Of a DNA stretch of 64,000 nt, positions 51,480-64,000 are shown one piece after another (position 1 is the first letter of the stretch; each line of letters starts with the position of its first letter). The DNA comes from Eimeria praecox (taxonomy: Eukaryota), in NCBI GenBank assembly GCA_963920595.1, contig OY986950.1:4092001-4156000 (forward strand). The letters are read 5' to 3'. Both the position numbers and the translations under genes were made by a program. The notes under the pieces were generated by a model. It did no database searches, had not been told where the DNA came from, and worked only from the letters and a program-made list of their open reading frames with translations.

Positions 51480-52195
51480 CGGGGGGAGGAGACTTTAATA
51501 ATAATAATGAGGAGCCAACAAACAGACACAAAGATATCCAAGCGATCGGGAAGAGAATAAATAATAAATTAAATATTAATTAAACAAAAAAAAACAAAAA
51601 AGAAGAAAAAAGAAGAAAATATGATATCACAATCTGTACATACACCCGAGCTGCTCGATACAGATATATATATATACCTACGTTATTTATGATATTCTAA
51701 GCTTATTTGAGGGTAAATATATCATTATTTTTATTATAATACAATTAAAAATAAAAATAAAATATAAAAATACAAATTTAGAGAGAAAAAACACAAAAAA
51801 ACAAGAAATATTGTATTTATTATTTCATTGTGTAGTGCTGTACATACACGCACAACCATGTGAAGGATATAATGATGTTATATGTTTATTTTTATAGAAA
51901 TAAACAATAATAAATATAAATATAATTTAATTTTAATATTATAAATAGAAAATAAATAAATAAATATATATATTTAGCCTTACTATACAAGACAGAACAC
52001 ACTCGATGCGCCTCACGCCATCGCTCTTACTTACGGGGGAGATTGTGTCTGATCTGCTGTTTCTGTGTTTTATTTGTATAAAATATAAATTTAATTAATT
52101 ATTATTATTTATTTATTTAATTGATATTAAAAAAAATTAAATTATTTGTGATATACGTACAGACTAACAGTTGGATACGCTGTGAGACGGGGTGT

Positions 52196-52738
52196 ATATC
52201 TATATCTATATCTATATCTCTATCTATATCTATATCTATATCTATATCTATATCTATATCTATATCTATATCTATATCTATATCTATATCTATATCTATA
52301 TCTATATCTATATCTATATCTGTATCTATATCTATATCTATATCTATATCTATATCTATATCTATATCTATATCTATATCTATATCTATATCTATATCTA
52401 TATCTATATCTATATCTATATCTATATCTATATCTATATCTATATCTATATCTATATCTATATCTATATCTATATCTATATCTATATATCTATATCTATA
52501 TCTATATCTGTATCTATATCTATATCTATATCTATATCTATATCTATATCTATATCTATATCTATATCTATATCTATATATCTATATATATATCTATATC
52601 TATATCTATATATCTATATCTGCATATCTATATCTATATATCTATATCTGCATATCTATATCTATATATCTATATATCTATATCTATATCTATATATCTA
52701 TATATCTATATCTATATTTATATCTGTATCTATCTATC

Positions 52739-52796
<58 letters not shown>
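52196..52796. repeat. (TATATC)n hexamer array ending in (TA)n
   Basis: About 600 bp. It produces the spurious ISISIS/YLYLYL ORFs. Confidence 0.95.
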
Positions 52797-52801
<5 letters not shown>

Positions 52802-52929
52802 ATATATACTCGTATGCGGCATAGCCTATTATAGTGATGTATACGATATATATTGTATATACATTGTAATATATACTATAAAGTATATTATACAATATAT
52901 TATAATATATATAATAAAATATATTGTAA

Positions 52930-52981
<52 letters not shown>

Positions 52982-53069
52982 CTTTCTCTGTCTGTCTGTC
53001 TATTTATTAAAAACAACAACAGCAATAATAGTAATATAGATAGTAGCTCTAATACTAACATTTCTACTC

Positions 53070-53135
<66 letters not shown>

Positions 53136-53163
53136 GTAATTAGTAATAATAATAATAATAGTA

Positions 53164-53210
<47 letters not shown>

Positions 53211-53509
53211 CTACTAATAATAGTGCTAGGAGTAATAAAAATAAAAACAACAGATACAAACAAAGATAGAAAATAAAATAAATAAAATAAAAATAAAATA
53301 AATAAAATAAATAAAATAAAAATAAAATAAATAAAACAAAACACAGAAAACTCTAAAACCAAAACAAACCAAAAAAACATAAATAAATAAAATAAAAATA
53401 AAAATAAATAAAACGAAATAAAATAATAATAAATAAAACTAAATAAAATAAATACAAAATAAATAAATAAAATAAATAAAAATAAAAATAAAAATAAAAA
53501 TAAATAAAT

Positions 53510-57531
<4,022 letters not shown>

Positions 57532-58044
57532 AGCTGCGTCAGCAGCAAGTAGAGAACAGCCAAGTAGAATAAGAAATAAATAGAATAAAAAATCAAATAG
57601 AATTAAAATAAATAAATAAAATAAACAAATAAATGAAGAAATAAATAAAATATATAAAAATATATAAAAATACGTGGATAGAAGAAGATGAGATTGTGGT
57701 GTACATACACCTGAGCATGACAGTTAAATATATCTTTAAGAATGTATTTCTTTTTTATTTTTATTTATTTTAATTAAATTAAATTATATTTTATTTGTCA
57801 GTTTTAAATATAATATATAAATATAAAATAATCTACTATTCTTTCTCTGTATGCATGCAAACGAAAGAAGAAGTACAACAAAATCATAAAATCTCTCCAC
57901 TTGTTTATTATATAATTATTAATTATTATATTCAAATAAATATAAATATTATTTAAAATAAATATTAAAATAAAATAATTTAAATAAAAAAACAAACAAA
58001 ACAACAACAAATATTAATACTAAATCATCAAGTCGGCTGCAGAC

Positions 58045-58100
<56 letters not shown>

Positions 58101-58238
58101 TAAGTGTGTCTATCTTTCTTTCTTTTTATCTACAAAACAACAATTATATTATTTTTTATATATTATATTTATTTTTTAAATTAAAAACAATAAAAAACAA
58201 TTAAAGACAGTATATACAAGCTTCATTTATCTTGCTGT

Positions 58239-58273
<35 letters not shown>

Positions 58274-58317
58274 CTGCTGCTTCTCGCGCATGCTGCTGCT
58301 GTGGACCGTTGCAACAT

Positions 58318-58373
<56 letters not shown>

Positions 58374-58486
58374 GCAGCAGCAACACTAACAAACCTATCT
58401 TCAAAGAAGTTAATTAAACAATTATTTTATTCTATCTTTTCTCGTTTGTCTTCTTCGTGTGTCTGCTGATAGATTGACTGACGTCT

Positions 58487-58550
<64 letters not shown>

Positions 58551-58681
58551 GAGCCGCGGCAGCAGCAGAAACAGCAGCAGCAACAACAATAGCAGCAGCC
58601 CCAGCAACAGCAACAACAGCAACAGCAGCAAGAGTCGTCACAGCAACACAACAGCAACAGCAGCAGCAACAGCAGCAGCAA

Positions 58682-58731
<50 letters not shown>

Positions 58732-58897
58732 GCAGCAGCAACAGCAGCAGCAACAGCAGCAGCAGCAGCAGCAGCAGCATTATCATCTTATCTATCAACA
58801 GCAGCAAGACAAATTTACGGCAGAAGCTGCTGCTGCAGCTTCTGCTGCTATTTCTCTTTCTGCTGCGCTCTTGCTGCTGCTCTTTCTGCTGCTGCTC

Positions 58898-58934
<37 letters not shown>

Positions 58935-58941
58935 AGTGAAG
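57532..58941. promoter_or_regulatory. Divergent intergenic region / candidate bidirectional promoter between CDA and AP3D1
   Basis: Head-to-head start codons lie 1.4 kb apart. The region contains GGTGTACATACACC (57698) and TGCATGCA (~57852). Function is inferred only from gene arrangement. Confidence 0.4.
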
Positions 58942-59069
58942 ATGTTATATCAATCAGGTTCACTCCAATCTCTAATTAAGGGATTGAGAGCAGCGCAGCA
59001 GCAGCAGCAAGAAGCAGAGTTTATAGGGAGTAGCTTGCAGCAAGTAAAATGCGAGTTATACGGCTACAA

Positions 59070-59110
<41 letters not shown>

Positions 59111-59356
59111 GCAGCAGCTCAGCAGCAGCAGCAGCAACACGAAGCTTAGCTCTACAAAAGCTAGTGTATCTACAAATGTGGGGAGTAGATATAAAATTTT
59201 CTGCTTTCTCGATAATTGAAGCTATGGCAGCATCAAAACTTTATCTAAAACGCCCTGCTTATGCTGCTGCTGCTATTGTATTTGCTGCTGCTGCTGCTGC
59301 ACCTGCTGCTGCTGCTGCTGCTGCTGCTGCATCTGCAGCAGATACAGCCAAGGGGA

Positions 59357-59397
<41 letters not shown>

Positions 59398-60139
59398 AGG
59401 CCCCTAGCAGATCTGTCTCTTCTAACTATTAATTTATTTAAAAAAGATTTATGCAGCAGTCAAATGTATGAAACAGGTTAGTTAGTATTTATATTTATAT
59501 TTATATTTATATTTATATTTATATTTATATTTATATTTATATTTATATTTATATTTATATTTATAGTTATAGTTATATTTATATTTATATTTATATTTAT
59601 ATTTATATTTATATTTATATTTATATTTATATTTATATTTATAGTTATATTTATATTTATATTTATATTTATATTTATATTTATATTTATATTTATATTT
59701 ATATTTATATTTATATTTATATTTATATTTATATTTATATTTATATTTATATTTATATTTATTTGTTTTATTTATTTATTTATTTTATTTTATTTTTATT
59801 TATTTTATTTATTTATTTTGGTTTATTTTGTTTATTTTATTTTATTTATTTTATTTATTTTTTTGTGTATTTACTTTTTTATTTTGTTTGTTTATTTTCT
59901 TTGTTTTATTATCTATTTTATTTATTTTATTTATTTATTTATTTGTTTATTTTACTTATATTATTTTATTTATTTATTTATTTATTTATTCATTCATATT
60001 GTTTTATTTATTTATTTTATTTATTTAATTTATTTATTTATTTATTTATATTTTTTGTTTTTGCGTATTTCTTTCTGTCTTTCATCTCCCCAACTTTCAA
60101 TTTCCTCCAAACTCTTCCCGCTGCTGCTGCTGTTGTTGC

Positions 60140-60192
<53 letters not shown>

Positions 60193-60193
60193 T

Positions 60194-60231
<38 letters not shown>

Positions 60232-60400
60232 CAGGTTTAGCGCTGCAGACATTGTGTTGCGTGTGTCTATCAAAGGAAATGTTAGATGCGTTGCTGCCGG
60301 ATGTGCTGCTGCTGCTGTCTTCCTCTCGCCCGTACATTAGAAAGAAAGCGGCTCTTTGCTGCTGCTACTTCTTACGGCACTTGCTGCTGCAGCAGCAGCT

Positions 60401-60431
<31 letters not shown>

Positions 60432-60684
60432 AAAAACCAGCAGCGATTGCGTTTGAACGGCCCCACAGCTGCTACTGCTACTGCTGCTGCTGCTGCAGCA
60501 GCAGCAGCAGAAGAAGAAGAAGAAGATGATAGCATGCTCCAGCACGTAGTGCTGCGGCTGCAGCAGCAGCTGATGCAGGAGGAAGACAGCGGCGTTCTTT
60601 GCTGTTTAGTATCGTCGCTGCTGCAGTCAGCAGCAACAGCAGCAGCAACAGCAGCAGCACCAGCACCAGCATCAGCAGCAACAT

Positions 60685-60719
<35 letters not shown>

Positions 60720-60968
60720 GCAGCAGCATCAACAGCATCAAGATATTTTCTTCCTTTGGTGCCTCCTCTCTTTCATTTATTGTGTAATAGCAGCAGCAAT
60801 TGGCTCTCTATCAAGCTGCTGCAGCTGCTGCTGCTGCTGTCTGCTGCAGAGCCACGTCTCCCCATCAAATTAATGTTGCCTCTTATTAAACTGCTTCAGC
60901 AAACAAAAGCACAAAGTGTTAAGATAGAAATACTACGTATAGCATTATTGTATGGTCCTATCGAAGCT

Positions 60969-61004
<36 letters not shown>

Positions 61005-61096
61005 ACACAAGCTGCTGCAGCAGAACATGCAGCTGCTACTGCTATGATTTTAGATACTACACAAGCAGCAGCAGAGGCAGCAGCAGAATCCCCCTC

Positions 61097-61148
<52 letters not shown>

Positions 61149-61417
61149 GTAGCCCCAGATATGCAGCTGCTGCAGCTTGCATGCAAACACCTGCAGTGTC
61201 TCCTCACCTCCCCCGATCCCAATATATATTTTCTGTCTCTCGATTTAATTAATACAACATTCAATAGAAGGAGACACCTCGTGCAGCCGTTGCTGCTGCT
61301 GCTGCCAAACCTGCAGCAGCAGATTCTACAGGTTAGAAACACTACAAGGCCCCCCCCCCTGCTGCTGCTGCTGCTGTCGCTGCTGTTGCTGCTGCGAGAT
61401 GAACAGCAGCAGCAGCA

Positions 61418-61448
<31 letters not shown>

Positions 61449-61530
61449 CAGCAGCAGCAGCAGCAGCCACCGCTATCACGCACACGCATCCTTTGCGCGC
61501 ATCGAACAGCCACATCAGCGAGCCCAACAG

Positions 61531-61583
<53 letters not shown>

Positions 61584-61734
61584 ATAAATGTTGTGTTTGT
61601 ATGCAGAGTGCTCGGAGCGGAGACAGTATGATACGTCGTGTTGGTGTCTCCTTAATTGCTGCTGCTGCGTCTCCTTCTACGTTTCCTGCAGCATGTGAAA
61701 GGCTGCTTGCTGCTGCTTTTGAAGCAGCGAACAG

Positions 61735-61766
<32 letters not shown>

Positions 61767-62016
61767 ACAGCAGCAGCAGCAGCAAAAATGCTGCTGCTAC
61801 AGTCAGCCCTGCAGACTTCATCCTTCCTATCCTCCGTATGGCTGCGGAGTGAGTTTAATTAACCTGCTGCTGCTGCTGCTGCTGTATCTGCTGCTGTATC
61901 GGCTGCTGCTGCTGTATCTGCTGCTGTATCTGCTGCTGCTGCCCTATCTGCTGCTGTATCTGCTGCTGCTGCTGTATCTGCTGCTGCTGCTGTATCTGCT
62001 GCTGAATCTGTTGTAT

Positions 62017-62049
<33 letters not shown>

Positions 62050-62424
62050 GAATGACTATGAGCTGATAGAAGATTTTGAGTGGTATGTGGCAGTGCTCGT
62101 AGACATTGCATGCAACTGCTGCAGAGGCAGCAGCAGCAGCAGCAGCAGCAGCAGCGGGGATGCTGCAGTTGCTGCTGCTGTATCGCAGCAGCTACTCGAT
62201 ATATCTGTTAGAGTGCCTGAGGTGCGGCCCTGCAGCACACATCTCTGTATGTTGCTGCTGGAGGCAGCAGCAGCAGCAGCAAAACCCAGACACCACAACA
62301 GCAGCAGCAACAGCAGCAACAGCAGCAGCAGCAGCAGCTTAGATGTGTTGAGGGCGCTGCGACAGCAGCAGCGAGAAAGCCATATCAACAGCAGCACACT
62401 TGAAGACAGCACGGGGAGGCTCCA

Positions 62425-62459
<35 letters not shown>

Positions 62460-62862
62460 GCAACCCGCATCAGGTGTACATACACCCCGATATCATTCGC
62501 GCAGCAGGCTGGATCGTAGGTAAGTTATCTTAAGTTTTGACTACTACTACTACTACTTCTGCTGCTGCTGCTGCTGCTGTCTCCTTGCTGCTGTCCTCCC
62601 CTGCAGCAGCAGCAGCAGCAGCAGCATTAGCATTAGCATTAGCAGCAGCAGCAGCAGCAGCAGCATTAGCATTAGCATTAGCAGCAGCAGCAGCAGCAAC
62701 AGTAGCAGATGGCATGTCTTATTCTTGTCTCCTTGCTGCTTCTCGTCCGTGCTGCAGCAGCACTAGCAGCACTAGCAGCAGCAACAGCACTAGCAGCAGC
62801 AGCAGCAACACTAGCTGCAGCAGCAGCAGCAGCAACAACAACAACAGCAGCAGCAGCAGCAC

Positions 62863-62894
<32 letters not shown>

Positions 62895-63405
62895 GCAGCA
62901 GCAGCAGCAGCATTTGTTTGTTGTGTGTCTTCAGGCGAATATCATAGACAATTTTCTAAGGGCGCTGCTTCAGCTGCTGCTGCTGTCTTCTTCATTGATA
63001 GTGCTGTCTGCTGTCTCTCTACATTAGTAAGTATAAACCCTAAACCCTAAACCCTAAACCCTAGCTTGAGGTTGTAAATACAACACGTTCAATAGCATTT
63101 GCTGCTGCTGCTCCTGCTCCTGCTGCTGCTGTTGGTGGTAGTGGTGATTTGCTGCTGATGCTGTCTTGCTGCTGCTGCTGCTGCTACTACTACTGCTGCT
63201 ACTGCTGCTACTGCTGCTGCTGCTGCTACTACTACTGCTGCTACTGCTGCTGCTGCTGCTGCTGCTGCAGGCAGAAGCCCCTTCCTTGCGGCCGCAGGTG
63301 CGGCGAGTGCTGCTGTGGGGTGCAACGAAAGCTTTCTTAACTCTAACTGCTGTAGCTCAGGGGACGTTGGTGCTGCAGCAGCAGGAGCAGCAGCAGCAGC
63401 AGCAG

Positions 63406-63438
<33 letters not shown>

Positions 63439-63540
63439 GGATCGGAGGAGGAGAAAGAAGCAGCAGCAGCAGCAGCAAAACGTCTGCTACCGAAAGTGAA
63501 GGCAGCAGCAGAAGCAGCACGCAGCAGCACAGACGCAGAA
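58942..63540 (+). CDS. AP3D1: AP-3 complex subunit delta (adaptin N-terminal trunk); 3'-partial, continues beyond the window
   Basis: Motifs: '[11 protein letters not shown]', '[26 protein letters not shown]', '[11 protein letters not shown]', '[13 protein letters not shown]', '[23 protein letters not shown]', 'DPNIYFLSL', '[10 protein letters not shown]', 'AAGWIVG|EY'. Exons: 58942-59476, 60235-61331, 61607-61848, 62050-62519, 62935-63026, ~63271-63540. Confidence 0.92.
59486..59764. repeat. (TTTATA)n hexamer array in AP3D1 intron 1
   Basis: Near-perfect array starting right after the donor. Confidence 0.95.
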
Positions 63541-63579
63541 GTAAGAAACATATAAATTAGTGGATGCTCACACCACCAC

Positions 63580-63614
<35 letters not shown>

Positions 63615-63616
63615 GT

Positions 63617-63661
<45 letters not shown>

Positions 63662-64000
63662 TGTGGTTTGTATTTGGCTATTTTTGCTTATTTGTGTATT
63701 TATATAATTTATTTAATTTTTTTAATTTATTTAATTTATTTAATTTATTTAATTTGTTTAATTTATATAATTTATATAATTTAGATATAAATATATCTAC
63801 TAATACATTAAATATATTAAAACAAATCTACCTATCTATCTACATATCTATCTGCATCTATCTATATCTATATATCTATATCTATATATCTATATCTGTA
63901 TCTATATCTATATCTATATCTATATCTATATCTATATCTATATCTATATCTATATCTATATCTATATATCTATATCTATATCTATATCTATATCTATATC

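Noticed and set aside
51990..52070. snRNA/snoRNA-like GC island (ACTTAC motif)
   Set aside because: Resemblance to the U1 5' end is limited to six bases, and no supporting stems or box pairs were found.
52121..52834. Long ORFs of IS/YL/YI dipeptides, and similar poly-L or FICLFVY ORFs at 35410-37059, 41832-42510 and 47306-47990
   Set aside because: These are stop-free translations of microsatellites lying in introns or intergenic DNA.

Overview
Eukaryotic, intron-rich DNA, almost certainly a coccidian (Eimeria-type) chromosome segment. This assignment is inferred from abundant (CAG)n, interstitial (AAACCCT)n telomere-like heptamers and TGCATGCA octamers. The left ~8 kb is repeat-poor. It holds a heavily decayed Ty3/gypsy LTR-retrotransposon remnant and a single-exon, signal-peptide-bearing, Pro-rich orphan gene. 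Six spliced genes follow that can be recognised from motifs: an acid-lipase-type alpha/beta hydrolase (-), CC2D2A/MKS6 (+), RSPH14 (-), MYG1 (-), a tandem two-domain cytidine deaminase (-) and the 5' part of AP-3 delta adaptin (+). An unknown multi-pass membrane protein (-) lies between CC2D2A and RSPH14. Beyond ~33 kb the introns become extremely AT- and microsatellite-rich. The most interesting observations are: (1) the cytidine deaminase has a dead N-terminal domain and an intact Cys-type C-terminal domain; (2) several introns carry mutually complementary telomeric or microsatellite arms; (3) CC2D2A appears to have two consecutive GC-AG introns; (4) a dispersed GGTGTA-NN-TACACC palindrome recurs across the window; (5) two flagellar genes flank an unknown membrane gene. 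All gene models were built by eye from splice signals, reading-frame phase and remembered family motifs, and none was checked by database search. Most short ORFs in the supplied track are repeat-derived noise.
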